A stretch of 64,000 bases of DNA from Azolla caroliniana (Eukaryota > Plantae > Polypodiophyta), in NCBI GenBank assembly GCA_043228905.1, contig JBHGNT010000010.1:1240001-1304000 (forward strand), in the 5' to 3' direction. The notes beneath the pieces were generated by a model. It had not been told where the DNA came from and did no database searches. It worked only from the letters and a program-made list of their open reading frames with translations. Position numbers and translations under genes: made by a program. Positions within the stretch are counted from its first letter, which is position 1, and every line of letters starts with the position of its first letter. Positions 13,429 to 24,723 of this stretch are shown one piece after another.

Positions 13429-16400
13429 ATGCTTCTGAATACTCAACTCTACTAGAGTTAGATTCTTTAAATGGTATCAGAGCGTGAGGGTTAGAGATCC
13501 TTCACTGACCTCTACCATACCATTGAAACTGTGTGAACAACTAGAGACGCTATTTCAAACCAACTATCGTCATTGTAGTGTTGCACGGCAAGAGGCTCAC
13601 ATTAATAGGAGCATATGAATCAAGCTAAATCAGAGAGATGAATGCACAAATGGGTAGCGCACTTCCAACAGAGAAGTTGGACATGCACAACTACGCATCA
13701 TGGGAATAAAAGATGCAATATACTTAGTTGGGCAAGGGTATTGGAGTTATATCAAGGGAGCTCAGGAAACAACCCCTGATATTATAAATCCCAACTACCC
13801 CACATGGTAGCAAGGCACTAGTAGGGTGATGTATTGTTTGGCAACATGTGTGCAAGATCACGTGTTAAACTATATTAGTGATGCAAAAGCCCCAACAGAA
13901 GCGTGGAAAAACTTGAAGAAGATTTCCGCGGCTTCAACGACTATGAGAAAACTTCAACTCTGGTAGGAGTTGAACAATATTCGATAGGGGGATATGTCCG
14001 TGATGGACTATACCCTCCGGATCAGAGACTTATGCGATGCACTTGGCTCCATCAATGTCACAGTTGATGATGACGAGATGGTGCATGTTTGCCTTGGCGG
14101 CCTCGCACAAGAATATGGCTCATTTTGAACTGCCATAACAATAAGGGAGAACCCCCCAAGCTTTTTCGACTTGCAATCCATGCTAATGGTTGACGAGAAC
14201 CATACACGATCGAAAAGCACGGCATCTGATGGGCAGATGCTATATACACATGATGATCTCGGTCGAGGTCGCGGTCATGGTCACGGAAATCAGGGGAGGA
14301 ATGGCCGAGGAAGAGGTGGACGATGTCCACAACAGTTTAATTCCAGGCACCAAGAAGATCGAAACAACCAAGGGAATTCCGGCAAAAAGGGGAGCTTCCA
14401 CCAGCCTGCATCAACCACGCAGAACCAACAAATTGAGTGTTCGTATTGTGGAAAGCCTAGCCACTTTGAAGCTGAGTGTCGGAAGAAGAAGAATGACTCA
14501 GTTGCCTCACCCCGGTAGCAAACAAACTACGCTATGATGGATGACCTAGAAAACAAAGGGACGATGTTTGTTATGCGACACCGGGCAAATAGCATGATAA
14601 CAAGTGTTTCCCAGCCTGATGATGTATGGTTTGTGGACTCAGGTGCCTCAAATCACATGACAAGTCATCAAGAATGGTTCATGAATTTGAGGGAATCCGA
14701 GAGACCTGGTGTGGTGGAGATCGGTGATGACTCCACACACATGATTGAGCACATTGGAGAAGTGGCCCTTAACAATCACGAAAGAAAGGGCTACAAGAAG
14801 GATGTACTGCATGTCCCGACAATCACAGAGAATTTGGTGCCGCATGGCCAATTTGTCGAGCAAGGAATGCAAGTATGATTCAACCAGAAAGGTTGCTTCA
14901 TTGAGGATAAGGGCCAACTTATCGCTCATGCAAGAAGAGAAGGTTGCATGTTTATTCTTGATGCAATTGAGGTGAACATAACAATGTATGCAAAGGGACT
15001 CAAGGTTGAGTTTGATATTGAGTTGTGGTCCAAAAGGGTTGACCATGTAAACCTCAGTAAACTCTGATCAATGCAAACAAAAGGGGATGTGCACGGATTG
15101 CCATGATTTACTTCGAAACATCCTGATAATGTATGTGAGGCATGCCAACTAGGCAAGCAACATAGGCATCCATTCCTAAGCAAAAGAAATGTGAGTAAAG
15201 GCTTGTTGGATGTCATCCACTCAGATGTATGGGGCCTAGCTCAAACAACGACAATCAGTGGGTGTAGGTACTTCGTTGCCTTCATTGACGACTATTTGTG
15301 GCATACTTGGATACACCCGATGAAGTTGAAAAGTGGAGTCTTCTCCCACTTTCTCAAGTTAAAGAATCGTGTGGAAAATGAGAAAAATCGCAAGATTCGA
15401 TGCTTATGGTTTGATGGTGGCCAAGAATACTTCTCAACTGAGTTCAAGACCTTTCTGGAAGAGAAGGGAATTCGCCGGGAATTCTCTTGCCTGTACACAC
15501 CACAGCAAAATGGTGTTGCTGAGTGGAAGAATCACACAATGCTTGAGATGGCCCATGCCATGTTGCAGGAGAAGTACATGCCCAAGATGTATTGGGCAAA
15601 GGCAATAGTTACGATTGTGTATCTCATCAATAGGTGCACGACCAAGGGTGTCCATGACATCACCCCTCACGAGAAGTATTTTGGGACAAAGCCAAACCTT
15701 TCGCACTGAAGGTTTTTGGAAGCATTGCATTTGTGCATGTCCCCGATGAGAAGCTGAGAAAGCTTGACCCAAAATCGAAGAAGATGATCCTCGTCAGTTA
15801 CTGATTTGAGCAAAAGGGTTATAACTATTTAAACCCCATCACCCGACAGTCACAAGTAAGCCAAAATGTGGTATTTGATGAGGTGACATCATGGTATGGC
15901 CCAACATCAGTGACCCCCCACCGTGCTCGAAACATGCAGATTTGGAGCAGATTCTCATATTGAAGAAGAAGAGATGCCAATGACCATTATGGATGGGGAA
16001 CCAACAAGGAGTTTGCCCACACTCCAGCTAACTGTAGTGGAGGTGTCATCCAGCCATCAAAGTCTTGCACAGCATGAAGAAACCTCTGATGTGTTGTCAC
16101 CTTGGTGCTACACCCGTAGAAAGAAAAGAAAGGGCAAAATGCTTGAGCAAGTGGCAAAGGACATGAAATCCAATGAAGACTTAGATCATTCACCCCGATC
16201 GGTCGACAACAAGTATGAAATGAAGAAGGCCCCGAAAGTGACCAAAGGAAAACTCCGTCAATCAAATCGACAAAAGAGCCCGATAGTTAGGTTTGGGTAC
16301 AATGAGTAAATGGCCCACCATTATGCATTCATGATGAAGGTCGCAGTAGAACAAGAACCCGATACTTACAAAGAAGCTGCCCAAGATCCTCGATGGATCG

Positions 16401-17347
16401 AGGAAATGAGGAAGGAGATGCACGTGTTGTTTGACAACAATGCTTTGGATTTAGTCCCATCCTCTGAAATCAAGAAAAAGTCAATTGGTTGCAGCTGGGT
16501 GTTAAAGATAATGCATAATATAGATGACACAGTCAATCGGTTCAAGGCTCGGCTAGTCGCCAAAGGGTATGCTCAAACCCATGGCATAGACTATGAGGAA
16601 ACATTGTCCCAGTGGCAAAAATGACCACCATGGGGATGATATTTGCACTCGCAGTAGTGAAAGGGTGGCACTTGCATCAAATGGATGTGAAGAACGCATT
16701 CCTCCAAGGTTACCTCGAGGAGGAAGTTTACATGATGCAACCACCTGGCTTCGAATCAAACAAACATCCACATGTAGTTTGTTGATTGAAGAAGCTGTTG
16801 TAAGGACTGAAGCACGCCCCAAGAGCATGGCATTAAAAGATCACATCATATCTTCACGACATTGGCTTGCAGATGTCAAAATTTGATAACTCATTGTATG
16901 TTCGGAACAATCCCAAAAACCTCATCTTCTTAATCTTGTATGTCGATGACCTTTTCATCGGTGGAGAAAGCCTCACCGAGACACAAGATTAAAAATCTGC
17001 TTTTAGAGAAGTTCGAGATGAAGGATCTAAATGACTTACATTATTTTCTCGGCAACGAGATCATTCAAACTCCAGAAGGGTACCTACTTTCACAACGACA
17101 CTATGTGTTGAACTTGCCCTACTAGTTCGGAATGACCGAGTGTAAGTCAATCTCGACACCCCTTGATCGAAATATGAAGCTAACTACAGATTCTGGCAAA
17201 TTCTGCGAGCTAACACAGTATCGCCAAATAATCGGGAGTCTTATATACCTAACTATCACCCGAACAGACCTCAGCTATCTGGTCGAGCTTCTTAGCCAAT
17301 TCATGCAAACCCCCCACGACACTCACATGGATTGTGCTAAGCGAGTT
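13017..17347 (+). mobile_element. Decayed Ty1/Copia element (5' LTR 13017-13471, PBS 13472-13483, gag-PR-IN-RT), 3' truncated
   Basis: LTR start TGTTGAGAATCAAGCTCAAC; PBS TGGTATCAGAGC; zinc knuckle CSYCGKPSHFEAEC; protease WFVDSGAS; integrase HSDVWG/TPQQNG; [11 protein letters not shown]. Many stops. Confidence 0.93.
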
Positions 17348-17397
17348 GTAAAGAAAAGCAAGAGTGGTTGTGTGTGTGCGTGCGTGAGTATGAGCAC

Positions 17398-17442
<45 letters not shown>

Positions 17443-17452
17443 TGTGAGAGAG
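17348..17452 (-). repeat. Probable Copia LTR-end fragment with (GA)n tract
   Basis: Copia RT homology stops abruptly at TGTAAAGAAAAGC, which resembles the TGTAAA... LTR ends at 7894, 38163 and 43524. Confidence 0.45.
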
Positions 17453-20213
17453 AGATAGATAGATTATATTATTGTCTTCGGAGGTCAAATATGACCTATG
17501 AGACCAAAAATATTACATTTCACGTGATACGTTGTCGTGAAGATTTCCGGCTACGGTGAGAAAACCAGGAGGGACAAATAAAATGGGGATGTGCAACGTT
17601 GCACATGCACTTGTAAATTTGTGTAGTAAGAATAAGTAAACAAAATGTAATGGGAAGGGTAATAATCTAAGGTGCTAAAGGTGCACCACGAAGTTCGTAG
17701 AGGCATAAATGTGATGTGCACTTTGTAGAGTACGAGCTAAGTAGTGGGCATAGTAGTATGTGTGAGGAGTGGGAGCTAAGGCCCCATCAATCCCTCCTCC
17801 TAGAATCTAAGCAAATATCCTCATTGAATAAAGGGGATATTTAGTCTCTCCTTTTTGTAACGGCTTTCTCTCCTTATGCTATAAAAGGAGAGGAAGGGGC
17901 ACCATTGAAGGGGTTGCCTATTTTTGAGTGAGAGGAGGTATACCACTTAGGTCAAGGGTTTCTATTTGGTTTAGGGTTTCTTCTAGGGTTTCTTCATCTC
18001 TTTCTTTACTTATCCGATTAGGGTTGACATTCTACTTATGTTTTGAGTCCGGCCCACGCGGCCGCGGTTATAATCGCATTGCGGCTTTCATGCCCAATAA
18101 CTTCATAAATCTTGTCTCTTCTACTTTCTCTACTGTGTTAATCTCCTCAACTTTGCTCATACCCATCTCCCCATCTACTCCCAAGTCCGAGGCCCCCGTG
18201 GTTCCGCCTTATTCTACACGCACGCACGGAAATACGCAACAACGTGTGAAGGTGAGTAGAGACTCTCGATGTTCAAGAACTTTACCAATGAATGTTGCAA
18301 TCGAGAGTGCACATTGTGGTTGTGAGAGAAATTTTTGCAAGTATTGGGCTCGATCGAAGAGATGTGGAAAGCATGGTCGAATATTATCAAAGGAAGAGCA
18401 TTGTATCAAAGTGTGATACTCAAACTCTCGAACTTGTTTAGGGCAAAGTGTGCATAGTCGGCCACTCTCATCACTTGTGCCCCAATGCCCCATCTCACAT
18501 CTCAATGCGAGCGAGCTAAGTCACATGGAAGCAATGGTCCGAATGGTAGATATCGGGATGGGCTCTAACATGTATCGATGTGTACAGCTTCCCCGTTCCG
18601 CGAAGAATATGTTTTTGTAGTTAGGTGTAACATTTGTAGTATAATGTGTGAAGTGTGAGCCAGCACATTTGTCCCATGTCATGATACATTGGTGTTGCAA
18701 AAAGGCCTCATTTACAGAGGAATCTAGTGACGCATCATGAAGCAAGTGTCTTGCATCCCATCTACCAAACCCTTTTTCTAAATCTTGCATCCAACCGGAA
18801 CACAAAATTTTGCTTTTATGCATCTTTTGGATCTTTTTGCTTGCTTCCCATGCAATTCTAGGAAGTCAACGTGAGGGGCTTTTTTGAACCTTAAGCATGT
18901 TTTCAACAACCCTTTCCATGGCCATGATCTCAATGGGAAGCGATCCCATCTAAAGGAGGAGGAGGGTGTATGGGGTTTGTTTCTTAACTTGTAGAAACTT
19001 TGTAAGAAAATGTTTTTGGACATTTTCAAACTCTTTCCACGTAGATTTAGGGATGCTACCACCCCATACTTCCACCCCATAGAGAAGAACCAGGGTCACG
19101 AAAGTGTCAAAAAGATATTTCTTGAGGACCCAACACTTAATATCTCGAAGATTGCATGTGTTCTCAAATGCATAATATGCTTGCTTACCCACCTCTAAGC
19201 GGCGTGTAGCACATTCATTCCATTTATGATTTGAAGGAACTTCAAGGCCAAGATATTTGAAGCTTTCCACACATTCAAGTGGCTCATTGTTGTACATAAT
19301 GCATGGTTTATCTCTTTTTGGACTCTTCACAAGAATAATCTTTGTTTTAGAGCTATTGACACTTAATCTAGTATGCATGCAAAATGTTTCCAGTGCCTTC
19401 ATAAGCTTTTGTGCATCTCCTTAAGTATTTGCAAAAGGCACTACATCATCCGCATATAACAAAAGCATAATCACAACATTCCCAATGGCAACTTCTTCAA
19501 CACATTCTTCCTTTACAAACTTGGTGACCATTTCTTCTAATTCATCAATGCATAGACCAAATAATGTTGGTGAGAGTGGGCATCCTTGCTTAACACCAAT
19601 AGTGCTATTGAAAAAATCTGAAAGTCTATCTTTGATACACACACAACATATAACCTTCTCATATATTCGGGAAATTGCAAGCATATATTCACTTGGCACC
19701 TCAAGTTCTTCCATCCGCCTCCAAAGATGCTCATGAGGTACCATATCAAAAGCTTTCTTCAAGTCTACAAAGAAACAATATAAACCTTTACCTCTAAGGC
19801 GACTTTCCTCCATTAATACTCGAAGAGTGACAAGATGATCAATGGTGCTATGGTGTTTTCGAAAACCAGCTTGTCCATAAGCTCTCTTACCATTTTTTTC
19901 AGCCCATACACTTATCTTTGATTCCATTATACATCCAAATAGTTTTGCCATTAATGAGCCAACCATGATGGTTCGATAGTTGTTTACATAATTTATATCT
20001 CCGCCTTTATGTAAAGGTTTGATCCAATTTGTAGTCCAATCATATGGTATACCATTTTGCAATGCATCAATAAACATATCACATATCCATATATGTGCTT
20101 CCTTTCCCAACCATTTGAGCATTTCAGCTTTTATACATTGAAGATCGCTTGCCTTTCGAGAGGCCAATTTCTTAAGTCCTATGCATATATCTTCAATTGT
20201 AAAGAAGGGAGAC
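17453..20213 (-). mobile_element. 5'-truncated non-LTR retrotransposon (RTE-like LINE), interrupted by a solo LTR
   Basis: RT motifs QAGFR, FVDLKKAFD, GVKQGCPLSP, LLYADD, FKYLG; C-terminal CTLC...EYH..IQC; 3' UTR hairpin AGGTCA-n4-TGACCT and (ATCT)n tail. Confidence 0.9.
17533..18241 (+). mobile_element. Gypsy solo LTR with 4-bp TSD ACGT
   Basis: Starts TGTCGTGAAG, ends ...CCCCCGTGGTTCCGCC...CAACA; TATAAAA near 17879. ACGT on both sides; removing the LTR rejoins the LINE ORF end to its 3' UTR. Confidence 0.88.
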
Positions 20214-22163
20214 ATATGTCTTGCTGACCAAGCAATTGGTGCACTTCTCAAGTTGCGCGTCCTTCACCGGAATGAGATTGTCTTCAGCAAGTCTCTTCAT
20301 CCCCTTCTCACTCATGTGACACAACCTCTTGTGCCACAGCTCACCGGCAATGTCGGATGCTACGTTCACTTCTTCCCGGCATATCTGGGCATTCATCAAG
20401 TACAGTGTGTTCACCTTCCGGGCTTGAGCCACTATTAGGCTCCCTTTGCAGAACTTCATGACTCCATTCCGGATGCTACCCGTGTAGCCTTCATCATCTA
20501 GCCGACCGACTGATTTCAGGTTCAGTCAAACCTCCAGAACATGTCAAACATCCTTCAGCAACAACTTGCATCCGATTGGTGTCGTCAACAACACATCTCC
20601 TATGCCGATAATTCGGCATGTACCTTCATTCCCCATCCGGACACAGCCATGATCACCGGCTGTGTAGGATGAAAAGCATTTTCGATCCGGTGTCAGGTGG
20701 AACGACGCTCCGGAGTCGACAACCCACGTTGTCTCGTCGCCGACAAGGTTTAACTCATTCTCCTCGGTAATGAGCATCAGTTCCTCTTCACTTGTCGCGA
20801 TCGCCGACATTCCTTTCCGATCCGATCCTTTTCGGTCTGAACCCTTCTTCGAATCAATGGTGCTGGTTTCTTTCTCTTTCCAGAAATGTCAACAGTTCTT
20901 CTGGAAGTGCCCTGGCTTCCCACAGTAGAAGCAAGTAGGCCTCCCCCTTGACTTCGATCTCATCCCCGACTTGTCCCGGTTTTGGGGACTCCGATATCGG
21001 CCTCTTCCCCGGTTGTGGTCATCTTCCGTGACCAAGGCCTTCGGATCAGTTCCGAATTCCCGGTCCTTCCGGCGAGCTTCTTCATCTAGCAAGCTTGATT
21101 TTACCCTTGCTAGGGACAACTGCTTTCCTTCCGACCCGGCATTGCCCAACGTGACAACTAGCGTCTCCCAACTATCCGGGAGGGAACCGAGCTGGAGTAA
21201 TACAAGTACCTCATCGGCAAGAGGTACTTCCAACGAGGTTGCCTAGTGTATCAATCCCTGGAAGGCATTCATGTGCTCTGCCATACTGGAGCCGTCTTGG
21301 TACTGGACCCTGACTAGATTCCGGAATATCGAAACCCGATTGACAACATTCTTGTTCTGGAACATGATGCCGATCTTCTCCCAAAGTTCATGAGCCTTGC
21401 TCTCTTCATTGAAGTTGTTGTACAGGCTCATGTGGATGAAGCACCGGATGTATGTCGTAGTCTTCATGTGCATCACCTCCCACGTTGTGGCGTCAATCTT
21501 ATCCGGTCTCTTGTCCCTGAACTAAGCCGGCAACCAAAGATATTTAACCACCAGCATATCCCTCATCTTCGACTTCCACACTGAGTAGTTGGAGCTGGTG
21601 AGCTTGAAGATGCCGCCGAACGATTCTTCCATTTCCTGTGTTGTTCGCTCTTATACCAGATTGAAGAGAATAGTGCAGAATATTGCTCGGCCACAACCGA
21701 GTCTTGAATCACTTCATTTAACGATCAAACACAGAAATGGGAATAGAGATGAATACACGTACACCAAAAATAGAGTACACAGGATGTTTACGTGGAAAAC
21801 CCTGAATGGGAAAAACCACGGGAGCCCACAAACTCCGAACTATCACTATATGAGAAAGGTACAGTCAGAGACTCGGAGGCAACGACCTCGAGCCCTGTTT
21901 TTTCACCAAGCAGTAGTTACAACAAAATATCACTCTGTATCTCCTCTCTCGCTCTCTCTCTATACAACAATATGACTACAACAACCACACTAAAGTGATT
22001 GCCCTAAGTCATATTTATACTTATATGAACTTAGGGCTATTTACAAGTATAGCCTCAATAGGCTTACTCAAAACACATTTACCAAAGTGGCTTCTCTTCC
22101 GGTTCTCATTGGGTCCTCTCCATTCATAACCGGATCCCATCCAGAGGGACTGGTTTCCCAACA
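20214..22163 (-). mobile_element. Truncated Ty1/Copia element of a second (Tnt1/Tork-like) lineage: 5' LTR about 21662-22163, PBS, gag, protease, pre-integrase
   Basis: CFYCGKPGHFQKNC, WVVDSGASFH, LWHKRLCHMSEKG. Degenerate PBS GCTCTTATACCA near 21647-21658. Confidence 0.88.
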
Positions 22164-22229
22164 ATACATACATACATACATATACATATACATACATACA
22201 TACACATACATACATACATACATATATAC

Positions 22230-22262
<33 letters not shown>

Positions 22263-22291
22263 CATACATATACATATACATACATACATAC

Positions 22292-22324
<33 letters not shown>

Positions 22325-22342
22325 CACATACATACATACATA
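22164..22342. repeat. (CATA)n-type microsatellite
   Basis: Imperfect TACA/CATA run directly after the LTR terminus. Confidence 0.95.
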
Positions 22343-22429
22343 GAACGCAATATTCATGTTTGTGCAAGTATTCAAACGTTTGGAAACAAACACGTGTGAA
22401 ATGGGGAAAATACGTGCTCCTTTTTTTTT

Positions 22430-23700
22430 CTTTTTTTTCTTTTATTATCATTACAATTTTGGTCACCCTAGTAGCAAGGAGTCATGCTATTGTTGTCTAT
22501 GTCTTGGGTTCAATTCCCAATATTCTCATCTCTTTCTCTCTCTCTTTAGTACCATGTCATAGCAACATTTTATGTTAGTGTTATAATAGTGCTTTTCTTT
22601 TATTCTTTTATCATTAGAACTAAGTGTCAAGAACTACACGCTCCCTTGATCAACGCTCGGCCGCAACCGAGCCTAGAATAAAACACAGAAAAACAGGGAA
22701 TGGAACACAACACAATAGAGAGAAGAGTACACAGGATGTTTACATGGAAAACCCAAACTCGGGAAAAACCACAGCAGCCCACAAACTGCAAATTATCACT
22801 ATGTCAAAATGTACAATAAGAAAGCACCGTGGCCACGACCTCGAGATTGCTATCTTCGCCACAGGCGGCCGGTTACAATCAGAGGCAACGACCTCTTCCT
22901 CTCTCTCACTCTCTCTGTACACAGTTGCGCGCTCTAATCTTGCACCAACAAGAATGACAACTACACTTTTTCACTGTATCTCAAAAAATTTGCCCTAAGT
23001 CATATTTATACAAATATGACTTTTCGGCTATTTACAAATATAGCCTCGATGGACTCTCAGAAACATATTTACGAATATGTCTCTTCATCCGGTGAGCACT
23101 CCTCACCGGGCCTGCATCATCCGGCGCTTGTCGGGTACTCGTCATCCGGTTCTCACCAGGTCTTCCGTAGTTGGGTATTCCTCATCAGTACTGTTCTTCT
23201 GACTTCCCATCCGGAGGGACCTGTTTCCTAACACTAAGCACAACCTAGTGGTAAGTTGTTGTGCTACTATTACTTGTGTCTTGGGTTCAATTCCCAACTT
23301 TCTCATATCCTCTTGTTAGTATCATGGCAAAATTTTATGTTAGTGTCATGTTCCTTTTTCTACTTTTTCTTTCTTTGTTTGTTATTAGAAATTAGCTCAC
23401 CCAAGTGGTAAGTTGTTATGCTACTACTGCCTATGTCATGGCAAAATTCTATGTTAGTGTCATGTTCCTTTTTCTTTCTTTCTTTGTTATTAGAAATTGT
23501 CACCCTGGTGGTAAGTTGTTATGCTACTACTGCCTATGTCATGCTTTCTTCATATTCTTGAATATATGTTTTATGAGTTTTTGATCGTTTCTTTTTTTCT
23601 TTCTTTGTTATTAGAAATTAGGTCACCCTAGTGGTAAGTTGCTATGCTACTACTACCTATGTCATGTTTTCTTCATATTCTCGAAAATACGTTTTATGAG
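22430..23700 (+). repeat. Degenerate tandem array of tRNA-like units of about 105-160 bp
   Basis: GTCACCCTAGTGGTAAG...TGCTACTACTGCCTATGTC at about 22461, 23240, 23395, 23499 and 23621; GGGTTCAATTCCC in the first two units. Confidence 0.75.
22625..23233 (-). mobile_element. Copia solo LTR with perfect 5-bp TSD CTAAG
   Basis: TGT...ACA termini, CTAAG at 22620-22624 and 23234-23238, clear similarity to LTR 21662-22163. Confidence 0.9.
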
Positions 23701-24155
23701 TTTTTGAACGTTTGATTATAATTTATAATTACATATTTTGATTCAATCTCTATAGTTCATACTCATTTTTTTGTAAAGTTTTAAAGTGAGGATGATAGAG
23801 ATGTCTTGATTCGCACCCCCAAAGTATGAATGTGATACAATGCAAATATTGCAACCATACTTATGTTGGTGGTTCACAATTGATTAGAGTCCACTTATTG
23901 GGATTGAGAGTGAATCAATATATAATATAGACCCTAGTCAATCCAATCCAACTTTGAGATGATTTACCATACATGTTTGATTGAATCATTCTCGAATGTG
24001 AATGCACGTATGATACATATGGTTCATTCTATGCATACATATATGAAACGTGACTTTAAATTTTAGGAGTTTTGATTGATAATTACAAGTGAAGCCCAAA
24101 TGAGCAAGCTATATTGAGAAAAGTTTTAAGTATCTAGGGTGATAATTTACATTAG

Positions 24156-24190
<35 letters not shown>

Positions 24191-24191
24191 C

Positions 24192-24279
24192 CTAGATGGA
24201 TGTAGCTCAGTTGGTAAGGTTGCTCAATGGAGACCAGGTGGTCATGGGTTCAACCCCTACATTCCACAGTGGCATCTAG
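24192..24279 (+). mobile_element. tRNA-derived SINE-like head
   Basis: A box TAGCTCAGTTGG and B box GGGTTCAACCCC at tRNA spacing, no proper anticodon arm. Sits after a (GT)n(GA)n tract. Confidence 0.6.
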
Positions 24280-24321
24280 TGAAATAGAGATATATATGAA
24301 GTATATAATAGAGAGGTGAGA

Positions 24322-24386
24322 AAATTGGGTTTCGAACCTAAGACACAATGCTTGTAGTGTTATCGACTTACCACTAGGGTAAGCTA
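24322..24386 (-). repeat. tRNA-like unit related to the 22430-23700 array
   Basis: Reverse complement reads TTACCCTAGTGGTAAAG...TGTCTTAGGTTCGAAACCCAA. Confidence 0.6.
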
Positions 24387-24409
24387 ATTACGATAAAAAA
24401 AAGAGATAG

Positions 24410-24723
24410 AGAGAAAGAAAGAAAGATATATTAACATCTTCTAAGACCAAAATAGGCCCATGAGACAATTGGTTTACAACAAAAATGGGGTATTTATCCA
24501 TTCATCGAAAATAAAAATAAAATAAAATAAAATAGAGCTTAAGCTAAACAATTCTAGTAAAAAGCATGTTCTATAAGGAAATGGCTTTATACTAGGCCTA
24601 GTTTCATTTCCATCGAAGTCTCTCGAAAAGAAGCGGGAGGTCAAAGGGTTTCGATGTGGATGTGGCCCATGGTCCCAATGTAAAAGGTACCCCAACCATA
24701 GCTTCTAGGCAGCGTAGCTCACG
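24410..24723 (+). repeat. Dispersed repeat, paralog of 48325-48651
   Basis: Long colinear match, e.g. TCTTCTAAGACCAAAA...GGTTTACAACAAAAATGGGGTATTTA...GGTCCCAATGTAAAAGGTA. Confidence 0.9.

Noticed and set aside
17950-18030. Telomere-like TTTAGGG repeats
   Set aside because: Only scattered (T)TAGGGTT motifs inside an LTR, not a tandem telomeric tract.
19421-20251. Novel Copia-LINE fusion protein
   Set aside because: The N-terminal residues come from an off-frame read across a truncation junction, and both partners carry stops.
22021-22578. ORFs rich in Y/V/C/M or H/T/Y/I
   Set aside because: Translation of the (CATA)n microsatellite.
24192-24279. Functional tRNA gene
   Set aside because: A and B boxes are present but no canonical anticodon arm or 7-bp acceptor geometry; treated as SINE-like.
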